From Deferribacteres bacterium (GTDB lineage Bacteria; Zhuqueibacterota; Zhuqueibacteria; Zhuqueibacterales; Geothermadaptataceae), in the NCBI GenBank assembly GCA_020633675.1, contig JACKDE010000003.1, forward strand, positions 459,633-523,632: 64,000 nt of DNA, written 5' to 3'. This document shows, in pieces, positions 47,804-57,011 of this stretch. Position numbers and translations under genes: made by a program. The notes under the pieces are model-generated. The model ran no database searches, was not told the origin of the DNA, and worked only from the letters and a program-made list of their open reading frames with translations. Position 1 is the stretch's first letter. Every line of letters starts with the position of its first letter.

Positions 47804-48748
47804 TTATGCATGTCCATTAAACTTGTCGCGATACCACGCAACTGTTTTTTCCACGCCTTCCTTGAAAGAAACAGCGGGATCGTACCCGATGTGCTTGCGC
47901 GCGAGCTCAATGGAAGCTTGAGAATGTTTGACATCGCCTACGCGAGGCTCTTCATATCTCGGATTGGCGGTCAAGCCCATCACCTCTTCGAGCACCTTGA
48001 CCAGATGGTTGAGCGTGTAGCGATCGCCACAAGCCGTGTTGATAAAGCAGCCCGCAGCATCCGACTCGCATGCCAGCAAATTGGCGTTTACGACATTTTC
48101 GATGTAGGTAAAATCGCGAGACTGCTCACCGTCGCCATAAATGACTGGCGGTTCATTGGACAGCATCGCTTTGATGAATTTAGGCAGGACGGCTGCGTAA
48201 TGAGAATTCGGGTCCTGGCGGGGACCGAAAACATTGAAGTAGCGCAGCGCAACGGTGGGAAAGCCATAAACTTTATGAAAATTCATCGCATATTTTTCTG
48301 CGGCCAATTTAGAGGTCGCATAAGGAGACATCGGCTGCGGCGGCATATCTTCATGCTTTGGCAAGGTTGGCGTGTCGCCATATACGGATGAGCTGGATGC
48401 CATGACCAGCTTTTTGCAATTGCTGTCGCGTGCTGCAACCAGCAAATTCAGCGTCCCCTCGACGTTGACGCGATTCGAAGCGATCGGATCTTTTACCGAT
48501 CTCGGTACCGAAGGCAAGGCTGCCTGGTGCAAAACAAAATCGACACCGTCAACTGCCTTTTTCACTGTTTCGAAATCGCATATATCGCCTTCAATAAAAT
48601 CTAAATCGCCGTTGAGCGATTCGATATTTTCCAATTTACCGGTTGATAAGTTGTCGATCACACGCACTTTCTCGCCGCGTGCCAACAATTCATTCGCGAT
48701 ATTTGAACCGATGAAGCCAGCTCCACCTGTAATCAAATACAGAGCCAT
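47804..48748 (-). CDS. NAD-dependent sugar-nucleotide epimerase (SDR family; WbpP/TviC-like UDP-HexNAc(A) 4-epimerase candidate)
   Basis: ITGGAGFIGSN Rossmann motif and the catalytic YATSK. About 315 aa. The start is probably MALYLITGG (48748); the track ORF starts at 48766. Confidence 0.85.
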   Translation of the reverse strand: MALYLITGGAGFIGSNIANELLARGEKVRVIDNLSTGKLENIESLNGDLDFIEGDICDFETVKKAVDGVDFVLHQAALPSVPRSVKDPIASNRVNVEGTLNLLVAARDSNCKKLVMASSSSVYGDTPTLPKHEDMPPQPMSPYATSKLAAEKYAMNFHKVYGFPTVALRYFNVFGPRQDPNSHYAAVLPKFIKAMLSNEPPVIYGDGEQSRDFTYIENVVNANLLACESDAAGCFINTACGDRYTLNHLVKVLEEVMGLTANPRYEEPRVGDVKHSQASIELARKHIGYDPAVSFKEGVEKTVAWYRDKFNGHA

Positions 48749-48945
48749 AGAAGAAACCTCCGTCAAAAACCTGGATGAGTTGCGTGAATAGTCCCTAGAT
48801 GTAAATAGCCAGATCCATGGCTTTTGCTAACCAGACCGTCATGGCAAGTTGAGCTGAACAAGGCTGCTTCGCCTCGCATAGTCTAATCGTGCCGGATAAC
48901 GGCTGATTGGATATGATGATGCTGGACGCACCGAGAACTGCTCAC

Positions 48946-49653
48946 CTACAATTGATGTTTTTTGGTGTAATAATCGTAACCGTAATACTTGTAATCGTAG
49001 TAGTACGGCAACACACCTTTTTGATTGTTAATAATGGTGCCGAGCAAATTCAGCCCTGAATTTCTCATCAACTCCACAGCACGGCGGACCACGTCCTTAT
49101 GCGTCTGGCCAGCTTTAATGACCACCAGTGCACCGTCCATTTCCGGACTGAGAATCAGCGAGTCCGTCACGGGTAAAACAGGTGGGCTGTCGACGATAAC
49201 CGTGTCAAAGTAGAACTTAATTTCCGAGAACAAATCTTTCATTCTCTGCGAATTAAAGAGCTCAGTCGGATTGTCGATAATGCCGCCGGATGTCAGCACT
49301 TTCAAATTTTCGACTGCTGTTGCTTTGAAGCAGGAGTCCAGTTTGCGCTTCCCCATCAAAACGTCAGCCATGCCTTCTTCTTTGGCCATACCAAACAGCT
49401 GGTGCACGCTCGGCCGGCGCAAATCGCAATCGACAATAATGGTTTTGGTTTCGCGATAACGAGCAACGGTGCAAGCCAAAAGCGCTGCAGAAGTGCTTTT
49501 GCCTTCATTCATGGTCGCGCTGGTTACCAGCAGATTTTTTAAATCATGGCCGGCATAGATGTTCTTGAGCTTGGAGTGCAGCCTTCTAAACTCCGCAGCC
49601 TCGGGGCTCTCGTCATCAAAATAGTCGACAATACTTCCGACAAACTTATCCAT
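48946..49653 (-). CDS. CpsD/CapB-type bacterial tyrosine (BY) kinase, stand-alone cytoplasmic domain
   Basis: Walker A TSATMNEGKST, Walker A'-like IIVDCDLRRP, Walker B VIVDSPPV, and a C-terminal Tyr cluster YYYDYKYYGYDYY. Confidence 0.85.
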   Translation of the reverse strand: MDKFVGSIVDYFDDESPEAAEFRRLHSKLKNIYAGHDLKNLLVTSATMNEGKSTSAALLACTVARYRETKTIIVDCDLRRPSVHQLFGMAKEEGMADVLMGKRKLDSCFKATAVENLKVLTSGGIIDNPTELFNSQRMKDLFSEIKFYFDTVIVDSPPVLPVTDSLILSPEMDGALVVIKAGQTHKDVVRRAVELMRNSGLNLLGTIINNQKGVLPYYYDYKYYGYDYYTKKHQL

Positions 49654-49679
49654 TCGGTGAATTCCTTTTCAATAAATCC

Positions 49680-50798
49680 CTATTTTAAAATTGCGTCAAA
49701 CAGGAGCTGAATACCCTTGTGGTCGTATTCGGCCAGGCGCTTGTTGCGTTTGGCCTTCTCGAAATTCGGGTTGATTTTCATCGCCTGATCGAACAATTGA
49801 ATGGCTTTATTATTGACGATCTTGCTCATAATCACATAGGCTACACCCAGATGATTGTACAAATCGGCATAATTCGGATATTTTTTCAGCAGTGCTTCCA
49901 ACCTGCGGATATGTCGCCAGATCATTGAACTTCTCAGCTTTTTGCCGCTGTGGATGACCCGAAGATAGAAATCCAGGATGAATGACATATCGTTGGTCTG
50001 CGCACCGCTGCCGTAGCCCTTCTCGAATTCCTGGTAAGCGCTGAGATATTCATTTCTGCGCAGGAATTCTTCGCCTCGCTCAAAGTACTCATTTTTAAAA
50101 TTTGGGTTGATGCGGGCTGCCTTTTCCATGTACTCCATTACTTTGGTGTAGCAATCGACAGACAGCGCGAAATCTTCCCGCGTGTGGGCATTAAGAATGT
50201 AGGCCAGGGCGAGATTGTAGTAGGCATCCGGGTAGTAGGTATTGATCGAAATTGCTTTTTCGAAAGCGCCAACAGCATTTTTGCACTGTGACATTTTCAG
50301 GTAGGCACGACCAAGATTGTTGTGCAAATCGGCAAAATCCGGGCTCAGCAAGATGGCTTTCTCCAACACATCGATAGCCTCTTCAAGGCGCTCGACTTCG
50401 ATGTAAGCATTGCCCAGGTTGTTGTAAATGATGGAATTTTCAGGATCCAGCACAATGGCGTCTTCGAATTCATCGATCGCTTCATTGAACATGCCTTTGC
50501 GCATGAACGCCAGACCGAGCAAATTTTTGGTCTCCGGCTGCTTGGCCTGTTTCAGCTTTTCGCTGAGGTCGAGCAGCGACTTGACTTCCGATTTCTTTTC
50601 TTCATGAAAGCCGCGCGTCAAATCCAGCAGCGTCTCTTCCGAAAGATTTGTATCGTACTCACGGTTTTGCGAATCCAGCAAAGTGCCATTGCGAAAAAAA
50701 GACGAGATGACCCGGTGCTGATAGATACTGTTCGCCGTTCTTAAAAAGTATTCTCCACTTTTTGAACGAATCACATCGTTAAAAACAAATTCTGCCAT
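49680..50798 (-). CDS. TPR-repeat protein
   Basis: At least six canonical 34-aa repeats (e.g. LGLAFMRKGMFNEAIDEFEDAIVLDPEN and YNNLGNAYIEVERLEEAIDVLEKAILLSPDF). No signal peptide is evident. Confidence 0.75.
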   Translation of the reverse strand: MAEFVFNDVIRSKSGEYFLRTANSIYQHRVISSFFRNGTLLDSQNREYDTNLSEETLLDLTRGFHEEKKSEVKSLLDLSEKLKQAKQPETKNLLGLAFMRKGMFNEAIDEFEDAIVLDPENSIIYNNLGNAYIEVERLEEAIDVLEKAILLSPDFADLHNNLGRAYLKMSQCKNAVGAFEKAISINTYYPDAYYNLALAYILNAHTREDFALSVDCYTKVMEYMEKAARINPNFKNEYFERGEEFLRRNEYLSAYQEFEKGYGSGAQTNDMSFILDFYLRVIHSGKKLRSSMIWRHIRRLEALLKKYPNYADLYNHLGVAYVIMSKIVNNKAIQLFDQAMKINPNFEKAKRNKRLAEYDHKGIQLLFDAILK

Positions 50799-50826
50799 GT
50801 TGTTGCCCTAAGTTGCATTGTGTGTT

Positions 50827-52101
50827 TTAAAGCGAATTGGCACGTGCAAAAGCGATACGCTTGGCACGTGTGCTGAGGTCATATTCTTCCAGTTTACGAT
50901 AAATATCCGAGCGCGTAAGCGACTCGTCGGCCATGCTTAGCCTGATCAGCATCTGCCGAATTGCGCTGGGCCCGTAGGCCGGATTGGCGATAACCACGCT
51001 GACTATTTTTTCCAGCATGGTATCGGTGCTGAGATCGGTCGGACGAATCTTGGAGTAGGCCAGATAGTCTGATGCCCCTCCACTATAGCCATTGCTGACA
51101 TTATTTTCATAGTGAATGCCGTTTTTCTCTTCGCGCTCTGAATGCGCGCTTTGCTGTTGAACTTCCTGCACCTCTTCGAAGTAGTGTTCGTGCTCGACTT
51201 CAGGCTGCTCATAGACCGGTTCAGGCGCAACGGGCCGTGGTTGCGGCTGAGGCTGTGGCCTGGGAGCTTGTGGCGCGGGCCGAGGTGGTGCAGGTCGCGG
51301 TTGCACTGGTTTGGGAGCAGCTTGTGCCGGAGCAGGTTGTGGCCGGGAAACGGGTGCAGGTGCAGCCTGTACGGGTGCAGGTTGGGCTGGAGCCGGTCTG
51401 GCTTGTGCAACGCGACTTTGTTGCTGCACAGGCTGGACTTCTTCAGCGGCCCTTTCCAATTTAGGTGGATCAAGATTGACAGAAAGTTCAAGTTCTCCCT
51501 CGCCCTCAAACCACGGATCAATTATTTTGCTTCGTACCCGTTCAGCCGTGTCTTCGAAAATATCGGTGGTTGTCTCCAACGCTTCACTGACCTGCAGTTC
51601 TGCCGCTGGCGCATGCGCCGCTTTGGGTTTGGCAGCGGATTTCGCAGCAGGCTGTGCAGCGGGTTTGGCGCTTTCACTCTCATCTGTTTTTTTCTTGCGA
51701 GAAAACAGCGATGGTTTGCTGGCCGCTTTATCTTTAACACCGACGATATTCTTCGAAAAATCGATCAATGCCTCATCGACATTGGCGTAGGATTTAATAA
51801 ACATATCGAGCTCAAGAAGGAGAAAAACATCGTACACCTCCTTGCTCATGCCGGCAAGCTTGAGATCGCCTTTGTTGTCGCGGATATTTTGCAGTTCCCC
51901 GACAAAATTGCCCCAACCCGCCGAACTGATGAATTCGACTTTGCCTAAATCGATGACAAACTTATAGTACTTCTTTGTCATCAGATACTGCAACACCTGT
52001 TCGAATTCATCGGCAGTGGATGCATCAAAAACCGATTTGAGATGAAGGATATGTACTTTTTCTTCTGTCACCTCGACAGAATCAATTAGTCGATATTTCA
52101 C
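50827..52101 (-). CDS. STAS-domain (SpoIIAA/anti-sigma-antagonist fold) protein with a long Pro/Ala/Gln-rich linker and an unassigned C-terminal domain
   Basis: N-terminal ~115 aa: FVIDLGKVEFISSAGWGNFVGEL...LKLAGMSKEVYDVFLLLELD, a STAS pattern with Ser at the usual phospho-site position. aa ~130-300 are low-complexity (PAPAQPAPVQAAPAPVSRPQPAPAQ...). The C-terminal ~90 aa are ordered. Confidence 0.7.
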   Translation of the reverse strand: MKYRLIDSVEVTEEKVHILHLKSVFDASTADEFEQVLQYLMTKKYYKFVIDLGKVEFISSAGWGNFVGELQNIRDNKGDLKLAGMSKEVYDVFLLLELDMFIKSYANVDEALIDFSKNIVGVKDKAASKPSLFSRKKKTDESESAKPAAQPAAKSAAKPKAAHAPAAELQVSEALETTTDIFEDTAERVRSKIIDPWFEGEGELELSVNLDPPKLERAAEEVQPVQQQSRVAQARPAPAQPAPVQAAPAPVSRPQPAPAQAAPKPVQPRPAPPRPAPQAPRPQPQPQPRPVAPEPVYEQPEVEHEHYFEEVQEVQQQSAHSEREEKNGIHYENNVSNGYSGGASDYLAYSKIRPTDLSTDTMLEKIVSVVIANPAYGPSAIRQMLIRLSMADESLTRSDIYRKLEEYDLSTRAKRIAFARANSL

Positions 52102-52126
52102 GGCTAGTACCTACTTTGTTAGAAAT

Positions 52127-53647
52127 TCAAAACGAAAAGTTGTTTTTCTTAGCTGTTTGTGCCTTGTCCACAAATTCAACTTTTGGGACAGTGCCCAAAA
52201 CGACGAGCCCGAGATAATTTTCAACTTCATCAACAGACTTAAATGATTGATCGATAAACTCGAGCAGGTAGATAAAACCTGCACCGACGCCCAATCCCAT
52301 AATCAAGGATACCAAAATAACCTGGTTCGTACTGGCGTTGACTGGCTTGGTCGGCAACTGCGCCGGATCGATCACCCGATAGCGAATCTGTCGATTGACT
52401 TCCTGCATCGCACCGGTGATTTGCGCGCTGCGCACCTGGTCGGCAAAAATCTGGTACATTTCGAGATACTTATCGAAGTCTGCCTGCAGCTTTTGCGCAG
52501 TCACTTCATAGGCAGGCATGGTGTTGTTGTTGCTGCTGTACGAGCGTCGCAGACGTGAAAGCGTTTTTTGCTGCGCTTGCAAAAAGGTAATCTCTGCCTT
52601 GACGATTTCCTTTTGCACTGCGAGATCGACAATGTTTCCCGGAACCAGACCGCGCAGATGCCGTGCGCCATATTTTTCGACCTCATTTGCCATGGCCTCC
52701 CGAAGATCAGCGATTTCGGATTTTAAACGCAAAATATCGCCTGAATTCCAATTGAGCGAGATCATCAGCTTCGCCAGGTCTGTGAGTTTTTCGATCAGCG
52801 ATGCCTTGATCTCCGCAAAGCGCTGAGTCTGCTGAATGTGAACTTCAGAACCATAGCGTCCAAGTTGCTGATCGAGTTCACTCGACTCTTTGATTTTCTT
52901 GGAGAGCTCGACCGAGTTGGTGGAGACCAGGCTCTGAACCTGTTCAATATTCGCCGGACTGATCGGAACAACGTTGTCATTCGCTGCCGCCACGGACTGC
53001 CTGAAATTCCGAAGGCGTTCTTCTGCTTGATCCGCTTCTTGCTTAAAAATCTTCATTTGCTCTTCAGAAAATCGCAAGGTGCCTTGGACGTTTTCCTGCT
53101 CTTCAAGCATTACGTCTTCAATGAAAAGCTCGACCAGATACTTCGTCACCAGATAGGCTTCCTGGGGATCACGGGAAGTGGTCGAGACTTCAATGTAGGT
53201 GCCTCGATTCGGGAATATGACTTCGATATCACTGCGCAGGGATGCGGCCTGAATCGTGCGAGCGGCTTCTTCAAGGCTGAGTGAAGGCTGAGCTGCAACC
53301 AATTTCTTTGCGCGTTCTTTTTGGGAATTGCTTGGCTCAAAGCCTGCTCGTTCAACCACTTTCTTAAGCAAATTCGTGCTGAGCAATTGCTTCATGAACG
53401 TCTCTTTATGGTCGCGCATTTTTATTTTATCGCGCGCTTCAACGCCCGGCAAAACATCGCCCATATTGTTCGTCAGGACATAGTTTTTGTTGATCACTAC
53501 TGTAGCTGTCGATTTGTATTCCGACACCAACGTAATGATGCGAATGTACCCACCGATGCTGGCAAGAATAAGCGGAATGATGATAAACCATTTTCTTCTT
53601 TTCACCAGGTGCAGCAGCGCCTGCACATCAATGTTATTCTTTTGCAT
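52127..53647 (-). CDS. Polysaccharide chain-length determinant (Wzz/GumC, PCP family) without a fused kinase domain
   Basis: N-terminal TM after RRKWFIIIPLILASIGGY, a long coiled periplasmic region, and a C-terminal TM VILVSLIMGLGVGAGFIYLLEF. Confidence 0.8.
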   Translation of the reverse strand: MQKNNIDVQALLHLVKRRKWFIIIPLILASIGGYIRIITLVSEYKSTATVVINKNYVLTNNMGDVLPGVEARDKIKMRDHKETFMKQLLSTNLLKKVVERAGFEPSNSQKERAKKLVAAQPSLSLEEAARTIQAASLRSDIEVIFPNRGTYIEVSTTSRDPQEAYLVTKYLVELFIEDVMLEEQENVQGTLRFSEEQMKIFKQEADQAEERLRNFRQSVAAANDNVVPISPANIEQVQSLVSTNSVELSKKIKESSELDQQLGRYGSEVHIQQTQRFAEIKASLIEKLTDLAKLMISLNWNSGDILRLKSEIADLREAMANEVEKYGARHLRGLVPGNIVDLAVQKEIVKAEITFLQAQQKTLSRLRRSYSSNNNTMPAYEVTAQKLQADFDKYLEMYQIFADQVRSAQITGAMQEVNRQIRYRVIDPAQLPTKPVNASTNQVILVSLIMGLGVGAGFIYLLEFIDQSFKSVDEVENYLGLVVLGTVPKVEFVDKAQTAKKNNFSF

Positions 53648-53755
53648 TTTTCATCTCTCTTGGTTGCCGTGGTTCCATTTTGATGATGTAACGAGAAAAG
53701 AGTGAAGCCCAGATTTTTGCGAGCTGTCAGAAAGACAGCGCAGCAAATAGCGAGT

Positions 53756-54778
53756 TTATCTTGTATTGTGAAAAATGATCAAAGACACTGCGATAGATAC
53801 TGCACTCGTCAATACCGTTCTCACGATATTGGTCATCAGGAATCTGCCATAAGCGTCCTTCGCCGGAATGTAGACTGTATCACCAGGCTTCAACTGAAAA
53901 GGTACCGGAATACCTTCTCTCGCATAGCGTTCAAGATTGAGCCTGTACACAACAGAACCGTCCTGTCCGGCTGAAATGATCCTTACAGAGGTCAAGTCAG
54001 GCTGTATTGCAGGTGCACTGGCTCCAGACCGTGAGCCGCCACCAGAAGATGGGCCGCCAGCGATAACGATCGCTTGCAGAACATCCATATGCTCTTCCAG
54101 CTCATAGCGGCCAGGCCGTGAAACCTCGCCAAAAATGTAAATCACTTTTTTCTTCGCGTACAAGCTGACGCCACCTGGACCGGTGCCTCCTGCACCACCT
54201 TCACCATTTGTCGCGGCGCTCGGCACATAAACGTTATCGTTTGGTCTCAGCTCTGGCAGCTTGGTTAGATCATCGAAATAGTTGGTCAGATTGACTGGTA
54301 TGCGTTGCCCGTGATTGTCGCCGCCTCGCAGAATAGTGATGTTGTCGAGACGCGCAGTTTCCAGTGGTCCGCCTGCCTGCAAAATAGCCTCCCAAACGTT
54401 CGGCATTTTGGAAAAGGTCAGTGGCCCCGGCATCAGTACAGCACCGGTGACAAAAATTTTCTTGCTGCCGTACTCAATGATTTTTACCAACGCTTGGGTC
54501 ACATTGCGGTTATAAATATTAATTTGCTGAACAATTTTATTTTCTAATTGTGATATCGTTAAGCCTGCAGCAGTTATTCTGCCAGCTACCGGCACAACAA
54601 TTTTTCCTTCCGAATCGATGGTGGTCTCAATATCAAGACTGGTTTCTTGCCAGAAATGCACCGAGATTCTGTCATTCGTTTCGAGAACATATTCCTGAGC
54701 GAAAGTATTTACCGCCGTGGCCAGGAAAATGAAAAGGGCGTAAATTGTGACTTTCGTACAGCATTTTAAAAATGACAT
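53756..54778 (-). CDS. Polysaccharide export protein (Wza/OPX family; Poly_export plus SLBB domains)
   Basis: Signal peptide. YVLETNDRISVHFWQ...DSEGKIVVPVAGRITAAGLTISQLENKI (Poly_export signature). Repeated SLBB-like V.V.GEV..PG..y blocks. Confidence 0.85.
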   Translation of the reverse strand: MSFLKCCTKVTIYALFIFLATAVNTFAQEYVLETNDRISVHFWQETSLDIETTIDSEGKIVVPVAGRITAAGLTISQLENKIVQQINIYNRNVTQALVKIIEYGSKKIFVTGAVLMPGPLTFSKMPNVWEAILQAGGPLETARLDNITILRGGDNHGQRIPVNLTNYFDDLTKLPELRPNDNVYVPSAATNGEGGAGGTGPGGVSLYAKKKVIYIFGEVSRPGRYELEEHMDVLQAIVIAGGPSSGGGSRSGASAPAIQPDLTSVRIISAGQDGSVVYRLNLERYAREGIPVPFQLKPGDTVYIPAKDAYGRFLMTNIVRTVLTSAVSIAVSLIIFHNTR

Positions 54779-54829
54779 ATTGCGTCCCTACAGTTAAATT
54801 GCTTAATGTATCCTCAAAAAGATTGGCTG

Positions 54830-56128
54830 CTATCGGGTCGAGCCGACAACTTCATTGCTTCCTGCAGTCAGTCCGGTCAAGTCCGACACAAACACTCTAT
54901 AGTAGTAGTCGTTGTTAAGAATGACCGTATCATCCAGATAGTCTATAGTTCGGCGTGCACTAAGGCTTGCGATTAACAGAGCGTTATCCGGAGTTATGTC
55001 GGGATTCTGGGAGCGATAGATGAGATAGGAGGCAAAATCGCTCACCTCTGTGCTTTCTGTCCAGGTCAATTTGATGCCGATCTGCCCGCTGCTGAAATTG
55101 AAGTCGAAAACCGGATCAAAGAGCGTTACCGGATCAGGAGCATGCAGGAATGTTAATCTGGTAATGGAAAAGGCAGATTCGGCAACATTGCCCACGTGAT
55201 CAGTAAAATCGCCGACCACTCTGGCTTGATAAACGTCATCATCAATCTGAACAATGTAGTTTAACGTGTGAATGCCATCATTTGCAACGGCATCACCGTG
55301 CGTGCCATCATCAAACAGTGCCAAATTCTGTGGCCCATTTTCAATTGAAGCTAGTGCTTTGCCGCCGATTTCTCCAGCATCCAGAGTGATGCGAAGTGTA
55401 TCGCCGGCAACCTTTGGCGCTCCGCCGGTATTCTCGCTAACAGAAACAATGTTCGCATGCGTATCAAGGATGATGGAATCGGAGACAGGCATAGAGGTCG
55501 CTTTGCCACTCTGATCGAGGAAACGCACATATATCGTCTTCAATCCGTCACCCAACACCATTGCCCAGTTGATGGACACATCAAAAGGCTGAGGCGCTGC
55601 ATTGGTAAACGACGAATCATTGCTGATCGTCATAAATTCCGGCACGGTAGAAGCGGTGATGGACAGATGGACAGTTGTATTTGAAGTGTATTCTGCCCCG
55701 TCTTCGATAACAACGCTAAATTGGCCAGGTCGGGCAGTGACCACCTCAGATCTTTTGCTCTCAAAGCCATCTTTATTGACCGCTGCAACCTGATAGAAAT
55801 AGTCAGCATTGTTTTGAACATTCCGGTCTTCGAAACTGTTCGTCGTGCTGGATTTGATCAGACTGAAATTGGTCGGTGTGTTGGTCGCGCGATAGATATT
55901 GAATTTTTGGATCGTCCCGGCTGAATCCTGAAAGGACCACTTGACAACAATAATCTGATCGCCAACAACAACACGAATACTGTCTGGTGTATTGGGAAAG
56001 CTTGTTGAAGAAATTTCTTCAACCCCGGTGGGTTTTTTATCGCAGCCGAAAACGGCCATCAGTGCCAGCAGAAACGCGGCGAAGGTTCCTGCTGTGAAAT
56101 GACTTTTTACTCTCATGTTGCGGATCAT
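54830..56128 (-). CDS. Hypothetical lipoprotein with FN3/Ig-like domains
   Basis: Lipobox AVFGC. An FN3-like segment (VVKWSFQDSAG...YRAT...YFYQVAAVN) at the N-terminus and a second one at the C-terminus. AAGGAAG RBS before ATG 56128; the track ORF extends to 56146. Confidence 0.5.
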   Translation of the reverse strand: MIRNMRVKSHFTAGTFAAFLLALMAVFGCDKKPTGVEEISSTSFPNTPDSIRVVVGDQIIVVKWSFQDSAGTIQKFNIYRATNTPTNFSLIKSSTTNSFEDRNVQNNADYFYQVAAVNKDGFESKRSEVVTARPGQFSVVIEDGAEYTSNTTVHLSITASTVPEFMTISNDSSFTNAAPQPFDVSINWAMVLGDGLKTIYVRFLDQSGKATSMPVSDSIILDTHANIVSVSENTGGAPKVAGDTLRITLDAGEIGGKALASIENGPQNLALFDDGTHGDAVANDGIHTLNYIVQIDDDVYQARVVGDFTDHVGNVAESAFSITRLTFLHAPDPVTLFDPVFDFNFSSGQIGIKLTWTESTEVSDFASYLIYRSQNPDITPDNALLIASLSARRTIDYLDDTVILNNDYYYRVFVSDLTGLTAGSNEVVGSTR

Positions 56129-56266
56129 AGCTTCCTTGCAAGTCATTTATAGTTGATCTTTTCCAGAATTGGAAATACGCACGTATCGCAATTTTTGCGA
56201 ACGCAGCGACGATGATTCTTCTGGTGTGATTTTTCTATTACACAGGCATGCGCAAGCATCCCTGAC

Positions 56267-57007
56267 CTACAGCCTGGCAGAAAAACCGAATTTTAAAGAA
56301 CTGTCTTGAATATTTGGTTTAACTGAGAAGTTCAAACCAGCGATATCGAAGTCAGGAAAGAAAAAGAATGCGTCGAGAACGTTGTAAAGGTACACGCTGC
56401 CAGCGATGATCAATGCTGTACGCCGGCGCTCAAAACGCTTGTCGACAGTCGATTGGGTGCTTTGCACTTCTTTGAACAAAGCGCTTGCCAACTCACTGTT
56501 CTTTTGATTTGCCTGATAATTGCTGACAGCTTTTTCAAAATTGTCAACAGCATCCTGGTATTTCACTTCGCGGACGATCAGGTAGGTCAATGCTGCCAGT
56601 GATGCGGAGCGAATAAAGTAAGATTTGGTCTTTTGGCCTGTATAGCTCTGCCCCCAACCCGGAACGATAAACGATCGCATAAAAGCCCGCGCCCGTGTCT
56701 TTCGGGTCAGCCGGATGGAAATACGATGATTCACGCCCGGTTTAAACTGAAACTTGGAATCATAATCTTCATAGCCAGGATATGTTGCCCTGATTCGATA
56801 GAAGCCATCAATACCCTGCTTGATCGTATAGGGTGCGCTTCCTGCGATGCCATACTCTCCGTCAATCTGGACAATAGCGCCTTTTGGGCTCGCAACGATT
56901 TGAACACCTTCAGCCTCTCCTCCTGTCTGGGCATTCGCATCAAATTGTCCGATCATGAAACAGAAAGTCAATATCATCAATGAAAAAGACTTTCGTTTGC
57001 TTCGCAT
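56267..57007 (-). CDS. PEGA-domain protein with a C-terminal membrane region (DUF5683-like PGWGQ motif)
   Basis: Signal peptide. PEGA-like IVASPKGAIVQIDGEYGIAGSAPYTI...YRIRATYPGYEDY. Then FIVPGWGQSYTG and hydrophobic helices. ATG 57007 has GGAGG 8 nt upstream; the track ORF extends to 57097 into the upstream gene. Confidence 0.55.
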   Translation of the reverse strand: MRSKRKSFSLMILTFCFMIGQFDANAQTGGEAEGVQIVASPKGAIVQIDGEYGIAGSAPYTIKQGIDGFYRIRATYPGYEDYDSKFQFKPGVNHRISIRLTRKTRARAFMRSFIVPGWGQSYTGQKTKSYFIRSASLAALTYLIVREVKYQDAVDNFEKAVSNYQANQKNSELASALFKEVQSTQSTVDKRFERRRTALIIAGSVYLYNVLDAFFFFPDFDIAGLNFSVKPNIQDSSLKFGFSARL

Positions 57008-57011
57008 TCGT

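Noticed and set aside
36370-48391. Large plus-strand ORFs antisense to EPS genes (36370..37146, 42913..43641, 43669..44172, 47663..48391 and others)
   Set aside because: Each lies entirely within a minus-strand gene that carries clear family motifs (GT4, CE4, epimerase). None shows motifs or a translation-initiation context of its own.
51003-51948. Long ORFs on both strands over the Pro/Ala-rich part of the STAS gene (51142..51948 +, 51311..51790 +, 51003..51521 -)
   Set aside because: The low-complexity GC-rich coding sequence leaves several frames open. Only the 50827..52101 frame joins a bona fide STAS domain to an ordered C-terminus and fits the operon spacing.
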